This document shows, in pieces, positions 15,258-31,667 of a stretch of DNA of 64,000 nt. The stretch is taken from NCBI RefSeq assembly GCF_009914755.1, contig NC_060947.1; one strand, 5' to 3'. Position 1 is the stretch's first letter, and the number at the start of each line of letters is the position of its first letter. The position numbers and the translations under genes were made by a program. This DNA comes from the human T2T-CHM13v2.0 reference genome, Homo sapiens. The notes below the pieces were generated by a model. The model had not been told where the DNA came from, searched no databases, and saw only the letters and a program-made list of their open reading frames with translations.

Positions 15258-15541
15258 ATTTTATTTTGTTTTATTTATTTTTTGAGACAGTCTTGCTCTG
15301 TTGCCCAGTCTGGAATGCAGTGGTGCGATCTCAGACCACTGCAACCTCTGCTTCCTGGGTTCAAATAATTCTCCTGCCTCAGTCTCCCAAGTAACTAAGA
15401 TTACAGGCAGGTGCCACCACATCTGGTTAATGGGATTTCAGCATGTTGGCCAGGCTGGTCTCAAACTCCTGACCTCACGTGATTCACCCGCCTCAGCCTC
15501 CCAAAGTGCTAGGATTACAGGCGCCAGCCACCGCATCCAGC
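15258..15541 (-). mobile_element. AluSx-like lacking the central A-rich linker
   Basis: Both arms present, joined as ggttaat|gggatttc; flanking repeat ctaattttatt. Confidence 0.93.
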
Positions 15542-15569
15542 TGCCTAATTTTATTCTAATTAATTTAAG

Positions 15570-15840
15570 AACTTTTTTCAGCTTTGAGGTGTAATCAACA
15601 AATAAAAATTTCATATATTCAAGGCGTACAATGTCATGTTTTCACACACATATACGTTGTGAAAACATTATCACAATCAGGCTAATTAACATGTCCATTA
15701 CCTCACACAGTTACTTTTTTTGTGGTAAAAATACTTAAGATTTACTCTCTTAACAGTTCAAGTATAGAATACATTATTATTACTTACAGTCCAGGCTGTA
15801 CATTAGGTCTCCAGAACTTATTTATCTTAACTACAAGTTG
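15570..15840 (-). mobile_element. L1MA 3' end fragment nested in L1M
   Basis: caggctaattaacatgtccattacctcacacagttac...cattaggtctccagaacttatt. Confidence 0.8.
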
Positions 15841-18004
15841 GCATGTATGCTGATGAGAGATACTGGTCTGTAGTCTTCCTTTCTTGCAGTGTCATCTTGT
15901 TTTAGTATTAGGGTGAAGGTACCCTGATAGAATGAGTTAGGAAGTGTTCCTTTCTGCTCTTCCGCTTTCTGGGAGAGATTGTGGAGTATTGGTATCATTT
16001 TTTCCTTAAATGTTTGATAGAATTTACCAGTGAAACTATCTGGGCTTGATAATTTCCTTTTTTGTAAGGCTATTTTATTGATTTGTTTTTTTTTTAATTG
16101 ATAATCTTAAGAGTTCTATATCTATTTCTTTTTGTGTAAGTTTTAGTAGTTTGCATCTTTCAAGAAATTAGTCCATTTCATCTAAATCATCAAATTTGTG
16201 GACATAGAGTTGTTCAGAATACCATATTCCTATAGTATCTTTTCATATTCATGGAACAGTAGAGATGACCCTTCTTTCATTTTTAATATTGATAATTTCT
16301 CTCTTTCTCTATTAGCTTGGTTAGGGTTTTGTTAATTTTACTGATTTTTTAAAAAATAAATCGCTTTTGGTCTGTTAATTTTCTCTATTGTTTACCTGTT
16401 TTCAATTTCATTGATTTAGGCTCTAATTTTTATTTCTTTTCTTCTGCTTGATTTAGGCTTAAATTGTTCTTATTTCTCTAGTTTCCTAAGGTGGAAACTT
16501 AGGTAACTGATTTTTCAACCTTTATTTTTTTCTATTATATGCATTTAATGCTATAAATTTCCCTCTAAGCATTGCTTTTGCTGCATTCGACAAATTTTGA
16601 CAAGTTTTAGTTTCATTTTCTTTTAGTTCAAAATATTTTAAACTTTTTTGATACTTCTTTAAGTCGTGTGGTCTTTACAAGTGTGTTAATTTATAAATAT
16701 TTGGGAATTTTCCAGCCATCTTTGTGTTATTAGTTTCTAGTTCAATTTCACTGCTGTCTGAGAACATATTTTTTATAATTTTTACTCTTTTAAATTTGTT
16801 AAGGTATGTTTTATGGTACAGGAGGTGGTCTGCCTTGGTGCATGTTCCATGCAAAATGGAGAAGAATGTGTATTCTGCTGCTGTTGGATGGAGTCCTTCA
16901 TAAATGTCAATTACATTAAGTTGATTGATAGTGCCATTCAGGTCAACTGCATGCAGCCTTAACTGATTTTCTGCCTGCTTCATCTAACAATTACTGATAG
17001 GGGTGACAGGGGATGAAGTCTCCAACTATAATAGTGGATTCCTCATTTCATCCTTTTAGTTCTATCTGTTTTTGTTTCATGTATCTTTAGAGGCATTCAT
17101 GTTTAGGGATGCTATGTCTTCTTAGAGAACTGACCCTTTTATTATTATGTAATGTCTCCTTTATCCCTGATAAATTTCCTTGCTCTGAAATCTGCTTTGT
17201 CTGAAATTAATAAAGCTACTTCAACTTTCTTTTGATTAGTGGTAGCATGGTATATTTTCTCTATCACTTTACTTTTAACCTATCAGTCCTCACATTTAAA
17301 GTGATGTTCTTGTAGACAATATATAATTAGGTCTTGTTTTGCAGCCACTATGACAATCACTGTCTTTTAATTGCTGTATTTAGACCATTCACATTTAAAG
17401 TAATTATTAATATATTTGGGTTAATATCAACCATGCTTGTAACTTTTTTCTTATATATTACCGGAAGCTTCCTTTTCTGTCTTTCCTGGTTTCAGTTGAG
17501 CATTTTATTTCATTCAGCTTTTATGTCTTCTTTTAGCATAGAAATTATACTTATTTAAAAAAGCTTTTTAGTGGTTGCCCTGAAGTTTACAAAATATATT
17601 TTAAACTAATGTAGGTCCACCTTCAGACAACATTACTGCATTTCATGTGTAGTGCAGGTACCTGATAACAGTGTATTCCCAACTTCTTCCTCCCTTCCCT
17701 TGGGACACTGTTTATCCATATGCTATAATCATATAATACATTGTTCCTATTGTTACTTGTTACATATAACAAGTATATAACTGTATATAATAATTAAGAA
17801 AAATAAAATATTTTATTTTACATTCATTCATTCCTTCTCTGACGTAGATCCTTTCTTTATGTAGGTCCAAGCGTCTGACTTTTACAGTTGTCTTTCTGCC
17901 TGAAGAAAATCTTTTAACATTTCTTGCAGGGCAGTTCTGCTAGCAATGAGTTATCTCACTTGTTTGTCTGAGAAACAGACATTTGACGAATAATTTTTAT
18001 ATAG

Positions 18005-18362
<358 letters not shown>

Positions 18363-20288
18363 TACTCTTTTTTTTGTCCGAGAAACATTCACGAATAATT
18401 TCTTTCTATATAGAATACCAGGTTGGTGATTTTTGTCTTTCAGCACTTTACATATTTCACTCTAGTCTCTTGCATGGTTTCTGATTAAAAGTCAGATGTA
18501 ATTCATATTCTCATTCCTCTACAGGTAAGGTGTTTTTATTCTCTGGCTTCTTTTAAGATTTTTCTCTTTGTGATTTTCTGCAGTTTGAATATGACATGCC
18601 TAGGTATATTTTTTGGGATTTATTATGGTTGGCATTCTCTGAGCTTCCTGGATGTGGTTTGCTGTCTGTCATTCATTTTTGAAAGTTCTCAGTCATTATT
18701 ACTTCAAAAATTTCTCCTGCTCTGTTCTCTCTTTTTTTTTTTTTTTCCTCTTTTTGGTATTCCAATTGCACATGTTATATCTTCTGAAATTGTCCCCCAG
18801 TTCTTAAATGTTAAGTTTTTTTCATTGCCTTTTTCCTCTTTACATTTTAGGGTTTTTTTTTTTTTTTTAATTAACTTACCTTTAGACTCATTGATTCTTT
18901 CCTTAACTATTGAATCTACTGATGAGTCCACTGAAGGCATTCTTCATTAGTGTTAAAGTGCTTCTGATTTCTAGTATTTCCTTTTGATTCTTTCTTAGAG
19001 TTTCCATATCTCTGCTTACTTTACTCATGTGTTCTTGTATGTTGTCTATTTTTTCCATTAGAGCCCTTATCATATTATTTATTGTAATTTTATATGCCCT
19101 GTCTGTTAAGTCCAACATCTGTGTCACACCTGAATCTGGTTCTGATGCTTGCTTTGTCTCTTGAGACTTTTTTTTTTTCTTTGCCTTCTGGCATGGCTTA
19201 TATCTTTTAATTGAAAGTTAGACATGTACTGCGTAATAGGAACTAAGGTAAATATGCCTATGGTGTGAGGTTTATGTTAATCGGGCTAGGAGTTGGGCTT
19301 TGTTTTATGTTTGCTGTAGCTATAGGTACCAGAGGCTTCAAATTCCCAAAGTACTTCTTCTTAGAGAAGATCCATGTCTTTCAGTTCTTTCAGCTGTAAT
19401 ATCCTCTTGTTATACTGGAGCCCCGTTGGTATGATGAGAAACTGTGGAGGCGGTGAAGCATTCTACAACCTTCCAATTAAGTCTCAGCCTTTTACCTGAC
19501 TTGCATCTTTGACCTGTGATCACCGAGAATCAAAAGGGAAGTGTTTCTTCTTGTATAGTTTCTCCCCTCCCAATTAGGTGAGGAACGCTAGAGGGGGCTA
19601 TGGTGAGATCTCTGGGACAAGGCTCTGGTAAAGTACTTTCCTCTGAAGACAAGGCCTTTGCTATGGAGAAGGTTCTGGACATATTTTACCAAGATTATCC
19701 GTCTACTCTCCCTACCTAAGCCACAAGGGTACCTTTGTTGACTCTTCGCGGTGAGAACCTAGTGGGGATCCTGGAGATAAAGTCAATGAAAATATGGTGG
19801 CCCCAAGGAGTTTCTCAGTCTCAAGCCAGTCTACACTCAGCCTCCAGAAACTTGTCAAAATTACTAAGTGTTCCTACCAGTTTATGGCTCCAGTGACTTC
19901 TATTTTAGGTAAGCAGATTGTGTCCGTGACTCCGGATTTGCCTGTTACCAGATTTCAGCATGGTGATTTGACTTGCAAATTTAGTTCTCTGATAAGTCCA
20001 AAACAACTTGTTGAGTTTTAGCTTATCCAGCTTTTGCTTGCTATAAGAATGGGAGTGACAATTTCTAAGCTCTTTACATGTCTGAGCTGTAACCGGGAAT
20101 CACAGTGATTTTTGAAGATAAGATTACACAACTTTTTATAACACCTCGGAATGGTAGTTATTATTCTCTTTATTTTACACATAAACCAGTGGGGCTTTAG
20201 TGAAATTGTGTGTCCAAGACCATTTGTCTGCAAGTCTAAATGGTTCTAAATCCTATGCACCTTAGTTTCTTTGAAAATAGCTAAAAAC

Positions 20289-20599
<311 letters not shown>

Positions 20600-20769
20600 C
20601 TAAAAACACTATCAATATTTTCATGTGTACAGATGTTTATACACTGAAATATTTCTTGCTTTCAAGTTTGTGCCTACATTTTGAGACCCTCAGAGGCGGG
20701 GGGGCAGTGCGGTTGAGTAATAGTACAGGGCAATTTATTATCATTAGTTCAGGCAATTAATTTATCAGT

Positions 20770-21830
20770 TTATTCCTTTTTCCTCCACTCTGCTCTCCCA
20801 TTGCCCCTTTCCTAGCCTCTACCAGGGACAATCATTGGAAAATCTTCAATAAGTATCTTATTTTATTTCATTTCGTTTTAAAGATCTTATTTTTAGAGCA
20901 GTTTTAGGTTCGTAGCAAAATTGAGAGGAAGGTACAGAGAATTTCCATCTACCCCCAACATCCACACACACGCATACACAGAGTCCCGAATTATCAACAT
21001 CCCCTACCACAGCGGTATATTTGTTACAACTGATGAACGTACTGGTTAATGTTTATTTTTTACTGCAATAGGCTCTTGCAAAATGTGTCTTGTATTATGT
21101 GCATGTGTTTTTAATGCGCATAATTGCTATTTTCTTTTCTTTCTTATTTTTTTTGTAAGACAGGGTCTCGCTTTGTCACCCAGGCTGGAGTGTAGTGGTG
21201 CAAACATGGTTCACTGCAGCCTCGACCTCTTTTCTTATTATCTATTTCATTCAGGTTATTTTTTATTCCTAGCACTGTGCTTTTAAAATACATCTATACT
21301 GCTCTGTGTATGCATCGTTGGTTCAAACTACTGCATAGTACTTCAGCTTTATTATTTCTACAGAAATATTACATATTCATTGTAGAACCACTAAGGGCCA
21401 AAAAGTGAGAACTAGAAAATAATGATCACTAGAAATTGTATCATGAGAGAACCATAGTTGTTATTTTGGTGAACCTCCTGTAAGATACCTCTTTGCACTT
21501 ATGTATAAATGCATTAAATGTATTCAATTTTACTTACATAGGACTGCCCTGCACATGTTATTTTTTGACTGGCCCCTCTCATTCATCACTATTTCATGGA
21601 TAACATCTCATGCAACAAATATAGATCCACAACATGGCTTTTAAAGATCGCTCAGTACTCTGTTGTATGGTTGCACCACACTTAAATAGTTCCATTTCTG
21701 GGCATTTTGCTTACATTTATTTTTATTTATTATTATAAACAGTGCCTGCCTCAGCAAACAGCCTTCTGCAGATACCTTCTCCCACTTGTGCAATTATCTC
21801 TTCAAAGTTGAATACTTTTTGCCCACCACA
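20770..21830 (-). mobile_element. Old L1ME-type 3' fragments with a nested L1MC1/2-like 3' end (~20856-21043)
   Basis: ttttagagcagttttaggttcgtagcaaaattgagaggaaggtacagaga (L1MC terminus) within degenerate L1ME 3'UTR motifs. Confidence 0.6.
21130..21229 (-). mobile_element. AluJ-type 3' fragment (5'-truncated)
   Basis: T-tail plus agacagggtctcgctttgtcacccaggctggag...cactgcagcctcgacctc. Confidence 0.85.
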
Positions 21831-21884
21831 TGAGTTGAGCTGGGTTTCGTGCCATCCACAAAATTCATGCTTTTTCTACTGCTT

Positions 21885-22573
21885 TATGTTGCCCAAAGAC
21901 TCAAGGACTGAAGTGGCTTCAGCTATTAAATTCTGTGAGTTTATACGTGTATGAACATTGGCAGTGGGGGAAGAAGTCACAAAACAAAGAGGCCCTCTTT
22001 TCAGCTCCGCTCCAGTAAGCAGGACCTTTTTCACTTTGTGGCAGAATAAATGCAAATAAATCGGCTGTCAGAAATTAGTAGTTTATATAATTTGATTAAA
22101 ATTAGAGTTCAACACTAACTTTGATGGAATCAGATTCTCTTCTAAGTATTGTTGATCTTGACATGAAATGTGCCAGAATTATTTACAGGAACATTATTCT
22201 CCCAGTATTTACAACTCAGAAAGATGTATGCCAAGAATCCTCTTTGGTGTATCTGTTTTCCCAAGATATTTTGGGCCGAGATTTGAAAACTCAAAAAATC
22301 TAGACACATATGTTTGGGTGCATGTTCTTAAATAAACCAAATGTTTCCTTGTTTCAATTTTTAACATGTTTGGTTTTCCTATATAGTTTATGGAAATCTA
22401 ATTCAGAGTTCTGATAAATCAATGTTTTTTTTGGGACGGGTGGGAAACAACGCTTCTGTTTAATGCCTTAGCAAAGAGCCTTCTGACTGTTTAAACAAAA
22501 ACTGCCTTGCTTCTATGTTGCCCAAAGACTCAAGGGCTAAAGTGGCCTCCACTATTAAATTCTGTGTGTTTAT
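21885..22573. repeat. Dispersed 60-bp direct repeat (21885-21944 and 22514-22573)
   Basis: tatgttgcccaaagactcaagg...ctattaaattctgtg.gtttat; 54/60 identical by manual alignment. Confidence 0.9.
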
Positions 22574-23394
22574 TATAGAGAATTTTTTTTGATCATGGTG
22601 GGGGTGAGCATGAGATGTTGAAATAAAAACAGCTCCTTACCTGTAACTAAGGTGTAAGTGAGAAAAGCATTTTGTTATGGCGATTTGCTGTAGGCTTTTA
22701 TTAGCCAATTTGACTTCCAATATTACATGGAAATAATTAAGCTTCAATTTTTTAAAAGAGTCAATTAAATATTTTAGTGTTATTACTACTCTAGAATAAA
22801 CTAATTAACAGTTGGAACACTACTGATTTTGCTATTTACTACAATAGTTTATTTTTCTCCTGGGTCCACGTGATGAAGTTATGTTTATGCTGTTATTATG
22901 GGACTCAAACTGGACCAGCATCATTTTTCCTCCTCTCCTCCCTCCCTCTTCTTAGGTGACTGCTCCACTTCCCCACTATGATCAGGCCTGCTTGGGGAGG
23001 TCTTCTGCTCCCATCGTAGACTGAGCTTCTGCTCAGCTCAGAGGTAACTTGGGGGAAGGAGATTTACCCTTCCAGTGGGAAGCTTCTTGAGTCAAAGTTG
23101 CATAATCTGCATAATGATCACTCTTCTTTTTGATCACAAACATTAGCCTTGCTCTTTCAGTTTGGTAGTTTTCCTCCATCAAGGGCCTTATACCACCTTC
23201 CTCTGGGACTGGGTTGCCATGGTTATGGGTGTGTCAGAACTCCATCACACCCTAATCCAAGTAAGGCAGGATATATGTTCTCTGCTGTTCCTGTATCAGG
23301 GCCAGTTTCCTACATCCCTGCTGGAGAGTTCCTCACCATGATATCCCTGGAACAGGCCAATAGTTCTCAAATCCTCTTCATGACTAGGGGGTTA

Positions 23395-23560
23395 AAATTC
23401 TCTAGGACCTTGGGCAGGTTACTTAGCCTCTGTGTGCCTCAGTTTCTTAGTTTGTATAACGGAGATAATGAAAGCAAACACCTCAAGGGGTTGCTGTGAG
23501 GATTAACTAAGTTCATATTTGTAAAGCACTTAGAGCAGTGCCTTGGTGGTAGGAAGGAGC
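23395..23560 (+). mobile_element. MIR
   Basis: gaccttgggcaggttacttagcctctgtgtgcctcagtttc...gtaaagcacttagagcagtgcct. Confidence 0.88.
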
Positions 23561-24134
23561 ATATGAAGGGTTAGAATTAGACATACCACTAAAATTCTGA
23601 GATCTCAGAATTATCAAAGCTGGAATTCTGTTCTATGGTCACACCCCACTGTGACCTTGATTGCTTAAGCATAACTAATACATTTTATTCTAAAATATCC
23701 CTATTTTGGAACACTAATTTGATCACCTATAAGGGTCTTTTAAATGGATATATAAAAGGGACTGTATATTAAAATTAGGAATACGTAAATACAATATATT
23801 CTGTACTTATACATTTGTACAATATATTCTGTAAAAATTTTGCCATTTGATTGTCAAGATAAATTTATTTAAAAGTTATTGGTCAGTGTGTTTCTAAGAG
23901 TCTTGAAGATCTCATGGGCTAGAATATAGTTTCATTCATGCACACATGTACCCACAAACATCAAATTGTTCCTATCTCTTAGAGAACATTTTCTGTAGAT
24001 CCCCATGTACTATTTTGTATTTTCCTGTGTTTTCCAGTCATTAGTTCAACAAATAATCTGATGTGAAAAACATGCTGTGCCAATAAAATATTCTCAAACC
24101 CCCAACAAACCATTATGATAGTCTTATGTTATTT

Positions 24135-24510
24135 ATTATCTTCCAGTTCTGGAGGCCATAGGGCTGTGTTCCTTTTTGGAGGCTTTTGAGGAGAATCTGT
24201 TTCCTTGCCTTTTCTAACTTCTAGAAGCCTCCTGCATTCCTTGCCCCACGACTTCCTTCCTCTGTCATCAAAGCCAGCAGCATAGCATCTTCAAATCTCT
24301 CTCTGACTCTTCTGCCTCCTTCTTTCCTTTATAAGGACCCTTGTGATTACATTGGCCCAAGCAGATAATCCAGGGTAATGTTTCCAGTTCAAGATGCTTA
24401 ACTTAATCACACTTGCGAAGTCCCTTTTGTAATGTAAGGTTACATGTTCACAGCTTCAGGGGATTAAGACATGGACATCCTTGGAGGGGTACATTATTGT
24501 GCCTACCACA
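24135..24510 (-). mobile_element. MaLR LTR (MLT1C/D-like), partial
   Basis: ggagaatctgtttccttgccttttcta...gattacattggccc...cattattgtgcctaccaca. Confidence 0.85.
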
Positions 24511-25851
24511 GATTTGCTCCTGAGTAAGACCTTGAATAGCATCCAGGCATTTGGCTCTCCCTACCTGACTTTTGTATGTGTTTGCAGACAGGAACTGTGA
24601 TAAATTCCTACCAGTTATTACGGTCCCTTTCTTTCCCTCTCCTCACAAGTCTTTCCATACATTTAAAACAGGTCAGATAGCTGTTAGTGTTTATTTAAAT
24701 GATGAATCTACTCTGGAGTGTTGTGGGAAAGTATTTAGTGAGGAAGACACCCCCACTCTTTGTGTCTGTCCTTGACAGCTGCATAAAGAGAATAAAACGT
24801 GACTCTTAAAGTACATCAGTAAAGAATTACATGATGCCAAACGATGACATGGGTCTTTGAAGCCATTTGAGAAAACGGATATGATTTGGTCCTTATGATT
24901 TTTCCTGGGGGAAATGTGAAAGTCTGAATTAGCAAATTCAAAGGGAGCCAGAGAGAGATCTTGAGGACAAGGCCAGTGGCTTCCCAGGTTCTGCATTTCC
25001 AGCCCTGAGCAGGGTGTTTGGCATGTCAGAGACGATTACTAAATGATTAGTGGATAAATGACTTACCAAAAGTATCCAAGGAACAGCTTAAGCCCTGGGA
25101 AAGATCTGGCCTTTGAAATGTGACCTGCAAAACAAAAATAATGGGTTTAATATCCTCAGGAAAGAGTACACCATCACATTCAGTTTTGTTTCTAACTGCT
25201 GACTCACACAGCCATTCCTCACTGATTACTGCTCCGTTGATGTAAAAGAAAACAAACCCCTGGTATCACTCTCCTCTGTCCTTATTTGAAAGATGAAATA
25301 GCACAACTGCTTCTCTGTTTATTTTGCTCACACATTACTATTGTTTAAATCACAATTTTCAAATTCATTTCTAGCTTAGTGGATTGATTTTTTATTACTC
25401 GTGCTGAGCAGTTGACAGTAATGATTTATTACATCTCTGGGATTTTGGCAGCTCCTTACCACTCATGGTTTAATTCACAGTTTTCCCTGATGGCTTTAGT
25501 GTCTGTGGTGTTTGCTCCTATAAAGTGATGCACCACTGGGAGATGTGTACTTCTGGCCCTGCACTCTGGCCCCGGTTTTCTTTTCTCCTTGCTCCGTGAC
25601 TGTGTTGACTGGAAGGGGAGAGCACATTCATGAACGGGGGAAACCTGATGTTTTCTCCTGTCCTAAGACCTGCAGCTATTGTAGCTTTGTGCTACGTGCT
25701 GGAGGCTGGTCCGTTTGAAAGAGGCCAAGGGTGGAGCTGAGAGAGAAGGGTAAATGCACACATCTTAGGGAGATGGGCTACTTTTTAGGCTTCATAACAA
25801 TGACAACAAATATAGCAACCCACTGTGCCAGCCACGAGGCATGTATTAGTA

Positions 25852-26066
25852 CAGGCATTGGCAAATTATATCCTGTGGGCCAAATTTGGGCTACTACCTG
25901 TTTATGTAAATAAAGTTTTATTGGAACACAGCCACATCCGTTCATTTACCTAATGTCTATGGCTGCCTTCGTGCTGCAATGGCAGAGCTGAGTAGTTGCA
26001 GAGAGACTGTATGACCTATAAAGCCAAAATTATAAGCCCTTTTCAGAAAATATTTTCTGACCCTTA
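25852..26066. mobile_element. MER58A MITE within a minus-strand MIR (~25790-26200)
   Basis: gtaaataaagttttattggaacacagccac...gcagagctgagtagttgc. Confidence 0.85.
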
Positions 26067-26449
26067 ATCTTCATGAAATGACATAGGCTTTGGTAATATC
26101 AACACCAGTTTACAGAAGAGGAAATAGATACACTGAGATGATAAATAAAATGCCCAAAGTCTTACAGCTAGTATGAGGTGCAGAGACTGCGTCAGAAGCC
26201 AGCAGGTCTATGACATACTGCCTCGGATAGTTACTCAGAGAATGCAGTAATTGCTAAACCTGCCACATTACCGTGTCTGTCCTATTTCTTTAAATCCTCA
26301 CAGGGTTTGGCTTTATGAAATCTTTCCAGACAATTGTCCATTGTCTAATGGCTTTGTGGGACTTTTAATTTTTTTAATTAAACATTTGTGGGATTTTTAA
26401 CTTTTTAAAACTCAGAACTACCTAGTAATCGTTTGAATCATTTGTGTAG

Positions 26450-26630
26450 ACTAGCAGTTCTTACCCTCAGCTACACAGTGGCGTCACTTGAGGAACTCTA
26501 AAGGTACTGCCACTAGGTCCCATTGCTTCCATGTCATGATTTCATTGGTTTGGGATACGGTCTGGGTATGATGCTTTTTCAAAAGCATCGAGAGATTCTG
26601 TTGTACAGCCAGAATTGAGAACTACTAGAA
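26450..26630. mobile_element. MER5B-like MITE
   Basis: gcagttcttaccctcagctacac...gattctgttgtacagccagaattgagaactact. Confidence 0.65.
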
Positions 26631-26685
26631 CAGACAATCGTAAGTCTCACCCTAAAAGATATGAGAAGTCTTTCCTAGTGAGTCA

Positions 26686-27045
<360 letters not shown>

Positions 27046-27124
27046 GGGACAAATAACTCATTAGAAACAGGGGCCCATTGTAAACATGTTATGAGTTGGT
27101 GAGCCCAATGCAAGAAATATTCCC

Positions 27125-27333
27125 CAGTGCTAAGGATAAAAAGAAATAAACTGAATAAAATATATAATAAAAAGAGATGTTAAGGCTGCAGTGAACCATG
27201 TTTGCACCACTGCACTCCAGCCTAGGTGACAAAGCGAGACTCTGTCTCAAAAAAAAAAAAAAAAAAAAAAAGACCAAGAAAATAGCAATTATGCAAATTA
27301 AAAACACATGCACACAATACAAGACACATTTTG
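27125..27333 (+). repeat. Inverted copy of 21079-21277 (L1ME flanks plus AluJ 3' fragment)
   Basis: Reverse complement aligns across both Alu junctions and shares private Alu variants. Confidence 0.9.
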
Positions 27334-29023
27334 TGAGGATAAGGAAAATTGTGTTACTTTCTAGACTTAATCTTCTTATTTGGGCATAATTATACTGACT
27401 TTTTTTGCTTAGGGTGAGAGGAGACACTCATAATTGGAAAGAAAGAGTGGAAAAATTGAACATTTAAAAACTGCAGTCTATTTCTTCTACAAGATGTATA
27501 CTTTGAATTTCTCTCTGTTTTAACCTTTACTGAAGGGCAAATTAAATCAGGGCTGATTTAGATTCAAAGAGTTTGTTAACTGACGCCTGCCTCAGGGAAT
27601 GACATCATAATTATTACCAGCAAATATTGAGTAAGCCCTCACGGGGGACTCTGTGGCACTCTGCTAGTTCTTCGTCTCTCGGAAAGTGCACCTTCACTGC
27701 AGTGCCTAGAAAAACATAATCTCAGCTGAAATTCCAAATAAATACCTCACTCCTCAGATTCTTTCCACCGTTTCTATTTGCACTGATGATAGAGCCAATG
27801 TTGTTAAAACAGCGTGAGACTGAACATTTTACCCATGAGCCGAGTTCCACAAGCTGTCTGTACCGGCTGGTGCATCATTCCCGTAAGAAGAGTGAAATTA
27901 TTAAACATCACAGAGAGGTTTACAAGATTTTTCTGAACTATCAAAGGTCATGTGTGTTTTCTTGGAGACTTCAAGAGAGAAGTGGGGTAGGTACATAAAA
28001 TATCTGAGACATTGAGCAGGTTTATGTCTGTGCAAAAGTGGCTCCCTGTTTTCCTTTCTTAGGCATGACTGTCAAAGGAGCACAAGCATTTCTCTGTGCT
28101 GTGGCTAGGGGAAAGGAAATGTATGTTTAAGACTTGGAACATGGGAGATTTATGGGATGTTAATGTGTCAAGTCTTAGTAACCTCTCAAGAAGGCCACTT
28201 GTGAAGTCAGACTGTCATCAGTCACAGAAACCAATGCATCTGTCTTCGGAGAAATTCCTCAGAAATGTCTTCCAGAAAGATTATGAAAGATGAAGCATCT
28301 CAATACAGTGAAAAGGTATTCTATAAATGTGAATTTTTGCTGCTTCTGGCAAGTTCTGAGCATTCCCTCAACTGAGAAATGACAAAATGATACATGCATA
28401 GAATCTATTGAAGAAAATACTGAAACCGATTAAAGGCAGCTATACAAGGATCAATTGCATATTTGTGAAACTTACCCATCAAAATGTGGCTATACAAAGT
28501 GCATTTAAAACACACTCACACAATAGCATGATACAGACTTGCACTCAGCTAAAATTAGATAATGCTTCCTAACGTCAACGCAGAAAAGCAACCTGACTAT
28601 TGTAGAATATGAAAGTGCTTTAATGATGACATCACAGGCAAGTCCATACATATGTGAATGCAAAAGGATATAACAAAATGTTCAGTCTAATGGTAACTGG
28701 GGATCTGGGACATTGGCATGTTTTGCATGTCAGGCATAATCAATATTTAAGGTTGGGACATGTTTTCTTCTTGTACGGACATAGTAAATGAAATAGATAT
28801 CTCAGCTCATATGGGCTGCTTTCACTGAATCCAACAACCTATGACCAACAATTTTATAAACAACAGAATAAAAACCCAGAGAAAGTAGAGAGCAAATCTG
28901 CTGCTGCTGACCATCTGTTGCTTGATCAGATTCCTTTAACATCAGCAGGAAGTTGTCATTTTGACAGTCACTGACATTTCCCCATTAAGCCTAATGTGCA
29001 TAATAGGCCTGAACAATATATAT

Positions 29024-30712
<1,689 letters not shown>

Positions 30713-30715
<3 letters not shown>

Positions 30716-30850
30716 AAGAAAGAAGGAAAGAAGGGAGGGAGGGAGGGAGGGAAGGAGAAAGAAAGAAAGGAAAGAAAGAAAAGAAAGAAAGAAAAAGAAA
30801 GAAAGAAAGAAAGAAAGAGCAAGAAAGAAAGAAAAGAAAGAAAAGAAAAA
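30713..30850. repeat. (GAAA)n/(GGGA)n polypurine tract
   Basis: Directly visible; occupies the L1PB tail position. Confidence 0.95.
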
Positions 30851-31117
30851 GGCATTTATAAAGGGAGAATCAAGATTAGGAACTAAAATGACGACAAAAA
30901 TTTGAACAGCCCTCGCACTGTGTGTCCTATTTTCCCTCCAATCTATATAGCAGTCCGTATTAGTCACCACTTGAGCTCTAGTGTTTAAGGTCCAGTTAAT
31001 TCTCTCTGACTCACTTAGAGAAGGAAGTGTTAGTTCATGCAGCATATCATTACATGATAGAAAAAGGTAGTAATGTATGAACTAAAAGGACTATGATGGC
31101 GATATTTAATTTCCTTT

Positions 31118-31440
31118 GTCCATTCATTCTACAAAATGTTTAGTACCTACTGTGTGTTACATTGAGGTCTCATTGCTGAATACACAGTGTTAACAAACTA
31201 CTATTCTCACAGGGAGTACAGTCCAGTAGGGAGACAGCTGTTAAAGGCATGGTCCCCCAAATATACTAAGAATTACAAATTGTGATGAGCTTTATGTAGG
31301 AAAAGAGCATGATGTGATGAGTGGGATCAACAAGAGGTCATAAGTCAGATTGCAAGGTCTGGGAAGGCCTCTTTCAGGAATATTTAAACTGAAACCTGAA
31401 GGAAAATTGAAAAATTTGCCAGGGAAAGAGTGCTTGTCAA
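31118..31440 (-). mobile_element. L2 3' fragment
   Basis: cattcattctacaaaatgtttagtacctactgtgtg...acagtccagtagggagacag. Confidence 0.7.
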
Positions 31441-31667
31441 AGCTGTGCTGAGGCTTGCTCAACTCTGTCACAGCTACCCTCTCGTGAATGGCTAAACTCT
31501 TTCTATTGGTGAGATCTACCACTGCAAGGTCAAGTTGTGACAACTGAGTCTCCTAGCATATATTTGTTTTTACTACTTGGTGCCTCTGTTTATTGAATCA
31601 CACTGTGCTGCATGCTGCTGGGAGAATACTATGATGTCTTCCTGAAGATAAAAATGCTGACTTAGAG

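Noticed and set aside
21885-22573. Spaced repeat resembling a CRISPR-like array
   Set aside because: Only two 60-bp copies with a 569-bp spacer, in eukaryotic DNA with no cas genes.
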